NCBI GenBank assembly: GCA_964535335.1 | Contig: CAZHUU010000001.1 | Coordinates: 6,563 to 70,562, forward strand | DNA length: 64,000 nt | Direction of reading: 5' to 3' | Source of the DNA: an uncultured Mycobacterium sp. | GTDB taxonomy: Bacteria > Actinomycetota > Actinomycetes > Mycobacteriales > Mycobacteriaceae | In this document: one piece after another, positions 51,520 to 62,737 of the stretch | How the letters are laid out: every line of letters starts with the position of its first letter | Numbering within the stretch: position 1 is the first letter of the stretch | Program-made: the position numbers and the translations under genes | The notes under the pieces: generated by a model | What the model saw: only the letters and a program-made list of their open reading frames with translations | Database searches by the model: none | Told to the model about the DNA's origin: nothing

Positions 51520-52431
51520 TTATCTGTTCTGCTGGAGCGCGGCGGCCAGCCGGTCGGCGGTGTCGCGCTGCCAGGTGAGGTAGTCGGAGCCTGCGGGCAG
51601 GGTCTCGGCGACACCCACGACCGGAACGCCCGCGGCCTGCGCGGCTGTCTGTACCTGCTTGGTCACCGGGGTGACGGTCTGTTCGTTGAAGACGACGGCG
51701 GCGACTTCGTGGTTCTTGATGAGGTCCAGCATGGCCGCGACATCGACCGGCGCCGGGTCGGTGTCCTGCTCGACCGCCCCGGCGAAGCCGGCTGGGGTCT
51801 TGTCAGTCAGGCCGGCGGCCACCAGCAGGTAGTGCGCGACGGGTTCGGTCGCGACGACCGCCGCGCCCGGATGGGTGGTGCGGATGGCCCGCTCGATCTG
51901 CTGGACGGCATCGGCGCCGCGATTGAAGGTCTGCGCGTTGGCCCGGTATTCGGTCGCGTGTGCGGGGTCGACGACGGCCAGTCGGTCGCCCACTTCGGTG
52001 GCGACCGCCTTGGCGGTGTCGAGGTCGTAGAACACGTGCTCGTTGGCGGGTTTCGGTTCGCCTGGCCCCGGAGTGAGCAGCGAATAGGCGTCCACCGACG
52101 GCACACCGGGGTGTGCGGCCAGCACATCGTCGACCCAGTGGTCGTAGCCGCCGCCGTTGAAGACCACCAGCGTCGCGTCGGCGATGCTCGCGGCGTCGGC
52201 CGGGCTCGCCTCGAAGGAGTGCGGGTCGGCTGACGAGCTGTTCACGATCGAGGTGACCGTGGCATGGTCACCGGCCACCGACCGGACCACGCTGCCCCAG
52301 ACGTCGGTGGAGGCCACCACGGTCGGTGTGCCCGCGGTGGCCTGGCCGCCGGTCTTGTCGGGACCACCGCATGCGTTCAGCGCTGCCGCCGCGATGAGCA
52401 GGACGGCAGCGGTGATCCGGCAGCTCCGCAC
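51520..52431 (-). CDS. znuA: Zn/Mn ABC substrate-binding lipoprotein (ZnuA-like)
   Basis: LNAC lipobox, DPHSFE, NEHVFY. Confidence 0.9.
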   Translation of the reverse strand: MRSCRITAAVLLIAAAALNACGGPDKTGGQATAGTPTVVASTDVWGSVVRSVAGDHATVTSIVNSSSADPHSFEASPADAASIADATLVVFNGGGYDHWVDDVLAAHPGVPSVDAYSLLTPGPGEPKPANEHVFYDLDTAKAVATEVGDRLAVVDPAHATEYRANAQTFNRGADAVQQIERAIRTTHPGAAVVATEPVAHYLLVAAGLTDKTPAGFAGAVEQDTDPAPVDVAAMLDLIKNHEVAAVVFNEQTVTPVTKQVQTAAQAAGVPVVGVAETLPAGSDYLTWQRDTADRLAAALQQNR

Positions 52432-52464
52432 GAAGGCTCCTTCCGCTCGGCACCCAGCCTAACG

Positions 52465-52487
52465 CTAATGGAAATCGTTTCCATTAG
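52465..52487. promoter_or_regulatory. Zur box
   Basis: Perfect 10-3-10 palindrome CTAATGGAAA-TCG-TTTCCATTAG, 34 nt upstream of znuA; fits the actinobacterial Zur consensus. Confidence 0.88.
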
Positions 52488-52540
52488 AATGTAGCCCATC
52501 GATGGTCCGGCCGCCCAATCGCATGCGCTAGCGTCCAAGC

Positions 52541-53641
52541 ATGTCCAGGAGTCCCGCGCCGCGGCGCCGGGCCACGCTGGCCTCGTTGGCCGCCGAACTC
52601 AAGGTCTCCCGCACCACCATCTCCAACGCCTACAACCGCCCCGATCAGTTGTCGACCGAGTTGCGTGAGCGGGTACTGGCGGCCGCAAAACAACTGGGTT
52701 ACCCCGGTCCGGACCCGGTCGCCCGCTCGCTGCGGACCCGCCGAGCCGGTGCGGTCGGACTGGTGATCACCGAACCGCTGACCTACGCATTCAGCGACCC
52801 CGCCGCACTGAATTTCGTCGCCGGGCTGGCCGAGTCGTGTGAGGAGTCCGGCCGGGGGCTGCTGTTGGTGGCATGCGGACCGGGACGCGCCGTCGCCGAC
52901 GGCACCAATGCCGTGTTGTCCGCCGGCGTGGACGGTTTCGTCATCTATGCGGCGTCCGATGACGACCCGTACCTGCAGACCGCTCTGCAGCGGCACCTTC
53001 CGGTCGTCGTCGTCGACCAGCCCAAGAACGTCCCGGAAGCCTCGCAGGTATGCATCGACGACCGCGCCGCGATGCGGGGTCTGGCCGACTACGTCATCGG
53101 TCTGGGCCATCACGAGATCGCCCTGTTGACCATGCGGCTAGGGGCCGAGCGCCGGGCCGGCGATCAGACCGCAGCTGTCGTGACACCGGATCGACTGCGG
53201 GACTCGCACTTTCACGTGCAGACCGAACGGATCGCCGGGGTTCGCGAGGCGATGACCGCGGCCGGCCTCGACCCGGAAACATTGACCGTCATCGAAAGCT
53301 ACGAACACCTACCCGCCTCGGGCGGGGCGGCCGCCGAACTGGCACTGCAAACGAACCCCCGCCTGACGGCGCTGATGTGCACCGCCGATGTGTTGGCGCT
53401 CTCAGCGATGGATTACTTACGCGCCCACGGCATTTACGTTCCAGGCCAGATGACGGTAACGGGTTTCGACGGGATTCCCGACGCGCTGGGCCGGGGTCTG
53501 ACGACGGTGGCGCAGCCGAGCCTGGAGAAGGGTAAGCGGGCCGGCCGACTGCTCAGTCACCTGCCCCGCGACGGGCGGCCGGTGATCGATGTTCTCGACA
53601 CCGAACTGGTCCGCGGCCGCACCGCGGGTCCGCCCGCCTAG
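52541..53641 (+). CDS. LacI-family regulator (Rv3575c)
   Basis: ATLASLAAELKVSRTTISNAYN, VTGFDG, LTTV. Confidence 0.92.
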   Translation: MSRSPAPRRRATLASLAAELKVSRTTISNAYNRPDQLSTELRERVLAAAKQLGYPGPDPVARSLRTRRAGAVGLVITEPLTYAFSDPAALNFVAGLAESCEESGRGLLLVACGPGRAVADGTNAVLSAGVDGFVIYAASDDDPYLQTALQRHLPVVVVDQPKNVPEASQVCIDDRAAMRGLADYVIGLGHHEIALLTMRLGAERRAGDQTAAVVTPDRLRDSHFHVQTERIAGVREAMTAAGLDPETLTVIESYEHLPASGGAAAELALQTNPRLTALMCTADVLALSAMDYLRAHGIYVPGQMTVTGFDGIPDALGRGLTTVAQPSLEKGKRAGRLLSHLPRDGRPVIDVLDTELVRGRTAGPPA

Positions 53642-54417
53642 GAGAACGCCCGTCGGCTACGCACGTCGTGTAGGAACCGCAGGGCGACCGCCACGTCCCC
53701 GGGTTCCCCGACGCGGAATCCCGCTGTGCTGTCGCCGGTTCCGACCTTGACGCCGACGTCAGGGCCGCCCAGTCGGGCGAAGGCCTTCTCGTCGGTCACG
53801 TCGTCACCGAAGAACACCGTGGCGGTCGCGTCGGCCCGGGCGCGCAGCAGGTCCAGCGCCTGCCCCTTGTCGGTGTCGATCACCGCGAACTCGCGCACCG
53901 CCTTGCCCTCGGTGATGTGGACATCCCAGTCCCCGACGGCGGCCAGTGCCGCATCGAGGGCCTGTTGAGCGTGTTCGGGGGCGGCGTTGCGCACGTGGAA
54001 GGCGACGCTGACCGGTTTGGTCTCGACGGTGGCTCCGGGGTACCGCGCTGCGACGCTGGACATGGCCGCTTCGATGTCGGACAGCAGGGACTTCGCGGAA
54101 TCGTCGACGGCGTCGAGGAAGTTGGCGTCGAACTCGGATCCGTGGCTGCCGACCAGAATCAGGCCGGTGGGTGCGCCGGACAGTTCGACCAGGTCTTTCA
54201 GGGCGCGGCCGGAGATCAGCGCCGCGGTGGTGTGCGGAAGCGCCGCGAGTGCGCTGAGAGCCTCGGCCGCCGCCGGGATCGGACGGGCGTCAGCGGGATT
54301 GGCGACGATCGGTGCGATGGTGCCGTCGAAGTCGGAGGCCACGAGCACACGGTCAACTCCGGCCACCTCGGTCAGTGCTCGCACAACCTCCTGGGGCAGA
54401 TCGCGGGAGCCGGTCAC
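53638..54417 (-). CDS. otsB: Trehalose-6-phosphate phosphatase
   Basis: DFDGT, SGR, GSHG, DKG, GDDVTDE HAD motifs. Confidence 0.9.
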   Translation of the reverse strand: MTGSRDLPQEVVRALTEVAGVDRVLVASDFDGTIAPIVANPADARPIPAAAEALSALAALPHTTAALISGRALKDLVELSGAPTGLILVGSHGSEFDANFLDAVDDSAKSLLSDIEAAMSSVAARYPGATVETKPVSVAFHVRNAAPEHAQQALDAALAAVGDWDVHITEGKAVREFAVIDTDKGQALDLLRARADATATVFFGDDVTDEKAFARLGGPDVGVKVGTGDSTAGFRVGEPGDVAVALRFLHDVRSRRAFS

Positions 54418-54427
54418 ACCTGAGAGC

Positions 54428-55093
54428 CTAGGAGGTGCCGTCGTCGCCGATCAGCAGTCGCACCGCGAGGTCGAGACGCTTGCTGACATCGGTGGCCGAC
54501 GCCCGCCGGGTCAGCCAGGCCAGGAGGTTCGACAGCCACACGTCGGAGATGACCCGGGCAATGTGGTACTGATCCTCGGTCGGCTCCCCGTCGCTGATGG
54601 CGCGGGCGAACATGCTGTCGATGATCTTCTCGACGTGGTCGACCTCACCCGCGGCCGAGGCGTCGGCGAACACGTATGCCCGCGCCATGGCCTCGGTCAG
54701 TAACGGATTGCGCTGCATGGCCCGGTTCAGCTTGCTGACCATGAAGTTCAGCCGCTGGTAGGGCGTACCGCCGGCGACGGCCGACCGGTCGGTCTTGGCG
54801 TCGATGCGCTCGAACTCCCGCCCGAGGGCCGACACCAGCAGATGCACCTTCGACGGGAAGTAGCGATACAGCGTTCCCACGGCGACGTCGGCGCGATCGG
54901 CCACCGCCCGCATCTGAACGGCCTCGTAGCCGCCCTTGGACGCAATGGCCATGGTGGCGTCGAGGATGCGCTTGCGGCGCTCGCGCTGGGCTTCCGATCC
55001 CAGCTCGGATTCGGCAAGGACCGACACCGGCATCACCTCGCGCGGCTGCGAACCGGAACCACCGGCCGATGACTTCTGCGCTGGCGATGTCAT
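54428..55093 (-). CDS. kstR: Cholesterol catabolism repressor KstR (Rv3574)
   Basis: ELGSEAQRERRKRILDAT, VAVGTLYRYFPSK. Confidence 0.96.
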   Translation of the reverse strand: MTSPAQKSSAGGSGSQPREVMPVSVLAESELGSEAQRERRKRILDATMAIASKGGYEAVQMRAVADRADVAVGTLYRYFPSKVHLLVSALGREFERIDAKTDRSAVAGGTPYQRLNFMVSKLNRAMQRNPLLTEAMARAYVFADASAAGEVDHVEKIIDSMFARAISDGEPTEDQYHIARVISDVWLSNLLAWLTRRASATDVSKRLDLAVRLLIGDDGTS

Positions 55094-55232
55094 GGGTGGT
55101 GAGCTCCTTTCGGGTGTGACGCGGCAATTCGATGCCCATGACTACGGTCCATGGCGCACCTCCCCGACCCGCGAGACACCCACCTATCCTGCTGTGATGG
55201 CGTTCGACTTGACGGTCGATCGCTGGCACTAT

Positions 55233-55246
55233 TAGAACACGTTCTA
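55233..55246. promoter_or_regulatory. KstR operator
   Basis: TAGAACACGTTCTA matches TnnAACnnGTTnnA. Confidence 0.93.
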
Positions 55247-55300
55247 GTGGGGCTCATCGGACTAAGCGCCCCTTCTCTGCATGAAAACTAGGAGCCGACG

Positions 55301-57433
55301 GTGTCTGCGACCATCTCCGAAGAACAGATAGCCGCCCGCGAGCTGGTGCACAGCTGGGCGGCCGGCTCGGGGGCGATCGCAGCCGTCCGGGACAGCGAGG
55401 GCGAATCGGCTCAGGCCTGGCAGCCGGTCTACCGGGGCCTGGCCGACCTCGGGCTGTTCGGCGTTGCCGTACCCGAGGACGTAGGTGGTGCGGGCGGTTC
55501 GGTGCTGGACCTGTGCGTGATGGTCGAAGAGGCCGCCCGCGCGCTCGTTCCGGGGCCGGTGGCGACCACCGCGCTCGCCACGCTGGTGGTGACCGATCCG
55601 GCGATCCTCGACGCGCTGGCCGGCGGCCGCACGGCGGGTGCGGCCCTGGCTGCGGATCTTCGTGAAGACTCCGGGCGGGTTTCCGGGACGGCGGAGTACG
55701 TGCTCGGCGCCGATGCCGCCGGCCTGCTGCTGCTGCCGGCCGGTGATCACGTCGTGCTGGTCGACGCCGCCGCCGACGGCGTGACGGTGCAACCGCTGGC
55801 GGCGACCGATTTCTCCCGGCCACTGGCCCGGGTGACCTTGGACGGCGCACCCGCGGTCGCACTGCCGGTGACCCGTCGACGGTTCGAGGATCTCGCCGCC
55901 ACCGTTCTGGCCGCCGAGGCCGCCGGCGTCGCACGCTGGACGCTGGACACCGCCACCGAATACGCGAAGGTTCGCGAGCAGTTCGGCAAGCCGATCGGCA
56001 GCTTCCAGGCCATCAAGCACATGTGCGCCGAGATGCTGCTTCGGGCGCAGCAGGTGTCCACCTCCGCCGCCGACGCCGCGGTGGCCGCCTCCGCGCATGT
56101 CGCCGGCCCAGCGGCTCCGGACGGCGACGATGACGGTCAGCTTTCGATCGCGGCCGCGATCGCCGCGGCGATCGGGATCGGTGGCGCCAAGGCCAACGCC
56201 AAGGACTGCATCCAGGTGCTCGGTGGTATCGGCATCACCTGGGAGCACGACGCGCACCTGTATCTCCGCCGCGCCTACGGGATCGGGCAGTTCCTCGGCG
56301 GCCGCCCGAAGTGGTTGCGCCGGGTGGCCGCGTTGACTCTCGACGGTGCGCGCCGCGAGCTGCAGGTGGACCTGGAGTCGGTGGCCCACCTGCAACCCGA
56401 GATCGCCGCGGCCGTCGCCGACGTCGCCGCCCTGCCCGTCGAGAAGCGCCAGCCGGCGATGGCCGAGAACGGCCTGCTGGCCCCGCATTGGCCGAAGCCC
56501 CACGGCCGCAACGCTTCTCCGGCCGAACAGCTGCTCATCGATCAGGAGCTTGCCGCCGCCGGTGTGCAGCGTCCCGATCTGGTCATCGGCTGGTGGGCGG
56601 TCCCGACGATCCTCGAGGCCGGCACCCCGGAGCAGGTCGAACAGTTCGTACCGGCCACGCTGCGTGGTGAGCTGATCTGGTGTCAGCTGTTCAGTGAGCC
56701 GGGCGCGGGTTCCGACCTGGCCGCGTTGAAGATGAAAGCCGTTCGGGCAGAGGGTGGTTGGAAACTCACCGGGCAGAAGGTGTGGAACTCCGGGGCGCAG
56801 AAGGCGCACTACGGTGTGTGTCTGGCGAGAACCGACCCCGACGCTCCGAAGCACAAGGGCATCACCTATTTCATCGTCGACATGAAGACACCGGGCATCG
56901 TGGTGCGCCCACTTCGCGAGATCACCGGCGCCGAACTGTTCAACGAGGTATTCTTCGACGACGTCTTCGTCCCCGACCACATGGTGGTGGGCGCGGTCAA
57001 TGACGGGTGGCGGCTGGCACGCACCACACTGGCCAACGAGCGGGTGGCGATGGCCCAGGGCACCGCCCTCGGTAACCCGATGGAGGAGATGCTGCGTGCG
57101 GTAGCGCAGCACGAGACCGACACCGCGGTGCTCGACCAGGTCGGTGAGCTCATCCTCTCGGCACAGGTCGGCTCGCTGCTCGACCAGCGCATCGCCCAGC
57201 TGGCCGTCGGCGGTCAGGACACCAGCGCGGAAGCCAGCGCCCGCAAGCTGATCGGTGTGCGTCACCGCCAGGCACTGGCCGAGTTCCGGATGGATCTCGC
57301 CGAGTCCACCGGTGCCGTGGTGGACCGGGCGGTGCACGACTTCCTCAACACCCGCTGCCTCACGATCGCCGGCGGCACCGAACAGATCCTGCTGACGATG
57401 GCCGGTGAGCGGCTGCTGGGTCTGCCGCGCTGA
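55301..57433 (+). CDS. fadE34: Two-domain acyl-CoA dehydrogenase FadE34/ChsE3 (Rv3573c)
   Basis: Tandem ACAD motifs; divergent from kstR. Confidence 0.92.
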   Translation: MSATISEEQIAARELVHSWAAGSGAIAAVRDSEGESAQAWQPVYRGLADLGLFGVAVPEDVGGAGGSVLDLCVMVEEAARALVPGPVATTALATLVVTDPAILDALAGGRTAGAALAADLREDSGRVSGTAEYVLGADAAGLLLLPAGDHVVLVDAAADGVTVQPLAATDFSRPLARVTLDGAPAVALPVTRRRFEDLAATVLAAEAAGVARWTLDTATEYAKVREQFGKPIGSFQAIKHMCAEMLLRAQQVSTSAADAAVAASAHVAGPAAPDGDDDGQLSIAAAIAAAIGIGGAKANAKDCIQVLGGIGITWEHDAHLYLRRAYGIGQFLGGRPKWLRRVAALTLDGARRELQVDLESVAHLQPEIAAAVADVAALPVEKRQPAMAENGLLAPHWPKPHGRNASPAEQLLIDQELAAAGVQRPDLVIGWWAVPTILEAGTPEQVEQFVPATLRGELIWCQLFSEPGAGSDLAALKMKAVRAEGGWKLTGQKVWNSGAQKAHYGVCLARTDPDAPKHKGITYFIVDMKTPGIVVRPLREITGAELFNEVFFDDVFVPDHMVVGAVNDGWRLARTTLANERVAMAQGTALGNPMEEMLRAVAQHETDTAVLDQVGELILSAQVGSLLDQRIAQLAVGGQDTSAEASARKLIGVRHRQALAEFRMDLAESTGAVVDRAVHDFLNTRCLTIAGGTEQILLTMAGERLLGLPR

Positions 57434-57439
57434 AGCGGT

Positions 57440-58507
57440 CTACTCGTCGTAGGTGACTTCGACGGAATCCGACAGCGGGCGCGCCTGACACGCCAGGATC
57501 AGCCCGTCGGCGATGTCGTCCGGCTCCAGGACGTCGTTGATGTCCATCTCGACCTCGCCGCTGCGCTTGACCACAGCGCAGGCGCCGCAATGTCCTTCGC
57601 GGCAGGAGAACGGCGCCTCCAGGCCCTTGTCGAGCAGGACGTCGAGCAGCTTGGCGCTGCGCGGCCACGACAGCGTGTGGGTTTTCCCGTCGAGTTCGAC
57701 GACGGCGGTGGCCGGCGGCTCGTCACCCTCGTCGGTGATGCTGACGGCCGCGAACGGGTCGGTGTCCAGTGACCGGAACACCTCGATGTGAATCTGCTTG
57801 GTGGGCACCTCAAGTGACTCCAACGCGTCCTGCGCGGCTTGCATGAAGGGTGCCGGCCCGCAGATGAAGGCCTGCCTGCCGGTGTAGGGGGACATCAACT
57901 GCGCCAGCGCGGGGCCGCTGGGCAGACCTTGCACCGATTCCAGCCAGTGCACCACCGTCAAGCGGTTGGGATACTTCGTCGCCAGGTCGCGCAACGCGTT
58001 GCCGAAGATCACCGATCGCTCGTCGCGGTTGGCGTAGAGCAGCACCACCCGACCGCTACCCTGCGACAGCGCCGATTTGCAGATCGACAGCATCGGGGTG
58101 ATCCCGCTGCCCGCCGCGATCAACAGGAAATCGTCGTCGAGGGTCTTGGGCACGAAGGTGCCCGAGGGTGCCAGCACGTGGATCCGCATGCCCTGGTGGG
58201 CGTGGTCGCACAACCAGTTCGACGCGTAGCCGTCCGCGGTGCGCTTCACCGTCACGGTCAGGGCGTCGTCGGTGAACGGCGAACTGCACAGCGAGTAGCA
58301 GCGCGCCACCGAGCCGGTGCGGTCACTAGGGATCCGCAGCGTCAGGAACTGGCCCGGGGCGTAGCGCAGCCGCTCGGCGGGAACTTCGCCCCCCGCGGGC
58401 ACGGTGAACACCAGCGACCGCGCATCGTCGGTCTCGCTGACCACGTCGGCCACTTCCAATTCCAGAACGTGGCTACCCAGCGGCTCGTCCGGCGGGACCT
58501 GCGTCAC
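57440..58507 (-). CDS. kshB: 3-ketosteroid 9alpha-hydroxylase reductase
   Basis: RCYSL, AAGSGITP, ICGP, C-terminal CREGHCGAC..LAC 2Fe-2S motif. Confidence 0.94.
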   Translation of the reverse strand: MTQVPPDEPLGSHVLELEVADVVSETDDARSLVFTVPAGGEVPAERLRYAPGQFLTLRIPSDRTGSVARCYSLCSSPFTDDALTVTVKRTADGYASNWLCDHAHQGMRIHVLAPSGTFVPKTLDDDFLLIAAGSGITPMLSICKSALSQGSGRVVLLYANRDERSVIFGNALRDLATKYPNRLTVVHWLESVQGLPSGPALAQLMSPYTGRQAFICGPAPFMQAAQDALESLEVPTKQIHIEVFRSLDTDPFAAVSITDEGDEPPATAVVELDGKTHTLSWPRSAKLLDVLLDKGLEAPFSCREGHCGACAVVKRSGEVEMDINDVLEPDDIADGLILACQARPLSDSVEVTYDE

Positions 58508-58534
58508 CTTGCTTAGCCTTCCCTTCGCATCAAC

Positions 58535-58616
58535 TAGAACAGGTTACAGAAATCGGAATCAATACCGCCACCAGCCGCAGCCCTGCGCTGCTCGACACAA
58601 ATCGTAACGTGTTCTA
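58535..58616. promoter_or_regulatory. Two KstR operators in the kshB/hsaA promoter
   Basis: TAGAACAGGTTACA (58535-58548) and CGTAACGTGTTCTA (58603-58616). Confidence 0.88.
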
Positions 58617-58653
58617 GTCTTGGTCCAGTAACGCATTCTCTGGGAGGCATGCA

Positions 58654-59838
58654 GTGACGTCCATTCAACAGCGTGACGTGCAGGCGGTTCTGGCCGGTAT
58701 CGACGAGCTGCTGCCGCGGCTGCGCGAGCGTGCGCAGGAGACCGAGGATCTGCGCCGCATCCCCGATGCCACCGTTGCCGAGCTCGAAGAGGTCGGCTTC
58801 TTCAAGCTGGTGCAGCCCGAGCAGTGGGGTGGCCTGGAGAGCGATCCGACGCTGTTCTTCGAGGCGGTGCGCCGGCTGGCGAGCGCCTGTGGCTCGACCG
58901 GCTGGGCCATGGGCATCCTCGGTGTGCACAACTGGCATCTGGCCCAGTTCACCCAGCAGGCCCAGGAGGACGTCTGGAGCGATGACCCGGCCGTGCGGGT
59001 CTCGTCTTCGTACGCCCCGATGGGCGCCGGCGTGGTGACCGACGACGGTTACATCGTCAACGGCGCGTGGCGTTGGTCGTCCGGCTGCGACCACGCCACC
59101 TGGACGTTCGTCGGCGGTCCGGTGATCAAGGACGGCAGGCCGGTGGACTTCGGCAGCTTCCTGATCCCGATCAGCGACTACAAGATCATCGACGACTGGT
59201 TCGTGGTCGGCCTCAAGGGCACCGGCAGCAAGACGCTGGAGGTCAAGGACGTCTTCGTGCCGCGGCACCGCTTCCAGTCGTTCAAGCAGATGAGCGACGG
59301 GACCGCGCCCGGTCTGGAGACCAACACCGCGCCGGTCTACAAGATGCCCTGGGGCACAATGCATCCCACCACCATCTCCACCCCGATCGTGGGAATGGCC
59401 TATGGCGCCTACGACGCTCACATCGAACACCAGGGCAAGCGGCTGCGGGCCGCCTACGCCGGCGAGAAGGCCAAGGACGATCCGTTCGCCAAAGTGCGGA
59501 TCGCCGAGGCGGCCAGCGATATCGACGCCGCGTGGCGCCAACTTTCCGGCAATCTCGCCGAGGAGTACGCGCTGCTGACGGCGGGTCAAGAGGTTCCGCT
59601 GTCGTTGCGGGCCCGGGCCCGCCGCGATCAGGTCCGCGCCAGCCAGCGTGCCATCTCGGCCATCGATCGGCTCTTCGAGGCGGCCGGCGCCACCGCGCTC
59701 CAGACCGAGACTGCGCTGCAGCGTTTCTGGCGGGACGCACACGCCGGCCGGGTGCATGCCGCCAACGACGCCGAGCGCGCCTACGTCATGTACGGCAATC
59801 AGGAGTTCGGGCTGCCGCTCGGCGACACGATGGTCTGA
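58654..59838 (+). CDS. hsaA: 3-HSA monooxygenase, oxygenase subunit
   Basis: SSSYAP, WSSGCDH, RFWRDAHAGRVHAAN. Confidence 0.95.
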   Translation: MTSIQQRDVQAVLAGIDELLPRLRERAQETEDLRRIPDATVAELEEVGFFKLVQPEQWGGLESDPTLFFEAVRRLASACGSTGWAMGILGVHNWHLAQFTQQAQEDVWSDDPAVRVSSSYAPMGAGVVTDDGYIVNGAWRWSSGCDHATWTFVGGPVIKDGRPVDFGSFLIPISDYKIIDDWFVVGLKGTGSKTLEVKDVFVPRHRFQSFKQMSDGTAPGLETNTAPVYKMPWGTMHPTTISTPIVGMAYGAYDAHIEHQGKRLRAAYAGEKAKDDPFAKVRIAEAASDIDAAWRQLSGNLAEEYALLTAGQEVPLSLRARARRDQVRASQRAISAIDRLFEAAGATALQTETALQRFWRDAHAGRVHAANDAERAYVMYGNQEFGLPLGDTMV

Positions 59839-59848
59839 TCCGTCGACG

Positions 59849-60889
<1,041 letters not shown>

Positions 60890-60890
60890 C

Positions 60891-61457
60891 ATGACGGGCG
60901 AACCCCTCGACCCGCGCACTTTTCGCCATGTGCTCGGGCAGTTCTGTACCGGCATCACCATCATCACCACCCTGCACGACGACGTGCCGGTCGGTTTCGC
61001 CTGCCAGTCGTTCGCCGCGTTGTCGCTGGAGCCGCCGTTGGTGCTGTTCTGCCCGACCAGGATGTCGCGGTCCTGGCAGGCGATCGAGGCCAGTGGGAAG
61101 TTCTGCGTCAACGTCCTGACCGAGAAGCAGCGCGAGGTGTGCGCCCGGTTCGGATCGAAGGAGCCGGACAAGTTCGCCGGGGTCGACTGGCACCGGTCCA
61201 AGCTCGGCTCGCCCGTACTGGACAACTCGCTGGCGCACATCGACTGCACCGTGCATTCGGTGCACGACGGCGGCGACCACTTCGTGGTGTTCGGCCTGGT
61301 GCACTCGCTGTCCGAGGTGCCGAAGGTGAAGCCTCGGCCGTTGCTGTTCTATCGGGGCGAGTACACCGGCATTGAGCCGGACAAGAACACGCCGGCGCAG
61401 TGGCGCGATGACCTCGAGTCGTTTCTCACCGCGACGACCGATGACACCTGGCTCTGA
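60891..61457 (+). CDS. hsaB: 3-HSA monooxygenase flavin reductase
   Basis: FRHVLGQFCTG, GGDH, C-terminal DTWL. Confidence 0.94.
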   Translation: MTGEPLDPRTFRHVLGQFCTGITIITTLHDDVPVGFACQSFAALSLEPPLVLFCPTRMSRSWQAIEASGKFCVNVLTEKQREVCARFGSKEPDKFAGVDWHRSKLGSPVLDNSLAHIDCTVHSVHDGGDHFVVFGLVHSLSEVPKVKPRPLLFYRGEYTGIEPDKNTPAQWRDDLESFLTATTDDTWL

Positions 61458-61462
61458 GCAGG

Positions 61463-62233
61463 TCAGGTCGTCTGCTCGCCGATGAAGTCGACGATCGACG
61501 CCGTCACCTCGCGGTGCACCGACTCGTTGAGGATGTCGTGGCGGGCGTTGTCGAAGGCGTGTACTCGCAGCGCCGGGATTTCGTCGGCGTAGGCGCGCAC
61601 CGCACCGATCGCGGCGATCGGGTCGTCCTCGCCGTGGATCGCCAGCGTGGGCACGGTCAATCCGGGCAACTCCGCGCCGAACCGGTCCCAGGCTCGGTCC
61701 AGCTCACGAGTGAGCACCGTGCCGCTTCCCTCGACGAACGCCAGCGGATCGTTCTCCAGTGCGTCGAGATAGAAGGGATCGCCGGACAACCAGACCGGGT
61801 CGAGGTCGAACGACGAGTCGCTGTCCAGCAGTGCCGCGACCGGAACCACCGGCGCCCCCGAGATCACCCCGGCCCGGTACCGCTGCGGCTGCTGGAGAAG
61901 CCGGAACAGTGTGACGATCGATCCGAACGAATGCCCCTGTGCGACAAGCGGAACGCCGGGATGCGCGTGCTCCACCAGCTCGGTGAGGCTGTCGGCCAGG
62001 GCGGAGCTGTCCTCGATGGAGCCGAAGTTTCCCCGCCCCCCCGGTGAGAGCCCGTGACCGAACTGGTCGACCGCCCACAGATCGATACCCGCCGCGTTCA
62101 GCGCGAACCCGTACCGGTGATAGAGGCCGCCGTGTTCACCGAAGCCGTGCAGGAAGATCACCGAGGCACGCGGTTGCTCGGCCGCCCAGTGCCGGTAGTA
62201 GGCACGGCCGCGGTCATGGTCGATGAATGGCAT
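61463..62233 (-). CDS. Alpha/beta hydrolase (lysophospholipase-like)
   Basis: HGFGEH, GHGLS, GHSFG, HDILNE. Confidence 0.88.
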   Translation of the reverse strand: MPFIDHDRGRAYYRHWAAEQPRASVIFLHGFGEHGGLYHRYGFALNAAGIDLWAVDQFGHGLSPGGRGNFGSIEDSSALADSLTELVEHAHPGVPLVAQGHSFGSIVTLFRLLQQPQRYRAGVISGAPVVPVAALLDSDSSFDLDPVWLSGDPFYLDALENDPLAFVEGSGTVLTRELDRAWDRFGAELPGLTVPTLAIHGEDDPIAAIGAVRAYADEIPALRVHAFDNARHDILNESVHREVTASIVDFIGEQTT

Positions 62234-62277
62234 TCGATGACTGCAACAGGTCAGGCCCCGAACCGCAAGCCCGCGGA

Positions 62278-62664
62278 TCAGTGCGAGTTGTTCAACGCCA
62301 CCAGACCCAACCCCACGAACAGGGCGGCGCCGGCGGTGGCACCCAACAAAGTGGTCTTCGGCGCACCGGCCCGCACGGCGATCAGGGAGGCCACCACGTC
62401 GGCCGAGTCGCAGACGAGGCCGGCCTGCAGTACGGCCTTTCGGACACCGGCGTCTGGATGATGCACCGCGGCACCAAGCACGAGGTCGCGAATACCGAAC
62501 AGCCGGGCAACCAGGCCGGGACTGCCGCCGGGGGCAATACGGCCGAGCCCGAACAGGCGCGACGACAACGCGGGGCTGGCCCAGGTGAAGCCGCCCGCGA
62601 ACATTCGGATGACGGACATCGCGAGCGCGGCCGGATGCTTGCCGGTTGTCGACGGTGAACTCAC
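62278..62664 (-). CDS. Small membrane protein (DUF4267-like)
   Basis: RLFGIRDLVLG motif, hydrophobic helices, GGAGG RBS. Confidence 0.75.
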   Translation of the reverse strand: MSSPSTTGKHPAALAMSVIRMFAGGFTWASPALSSRLFGLGRIAPGGSPGLVARLFGIRDLVLGAAVHHPDAGVRKAVLQAGLVCDSADVVASLIAVRAGAPKTTLLGATAGAALFVGLGLVALNNSH

Positions 62665-62685
62665 GAGATACCTCCCGCTCTAGTT

Positions 62686-62726
62686 TGTAGTGGTCACTAC
62701 GAACAGTAGATGTAGTTGCCACTACA
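62686..62726. promoter_or_regulatory. Tandem palindromic TetR operators
   Basis: TGTAGT-GGTC-ACTACG (62686-62701) and TGTAGT-TGCC-ACTACA (62711-62726). Confidence 0.8.
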
Positions 62727-62737
62727 ATCAAGACCCG

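Noticed and set aside
44340-57337. Long antisense ORFs 44340-46355 and 55262-57337
   Set aside because: They mirror cysS/rlmB and fadE34; Arg/Pro/Gly-rich with no motifs
61463-62233. Downstream alpha/beta hydrolase as the HsaD replacement
   Set aside because: Lysophospholipase-type motifs (HGFGEH, GHSFG), opposite strand, no KstR box seen
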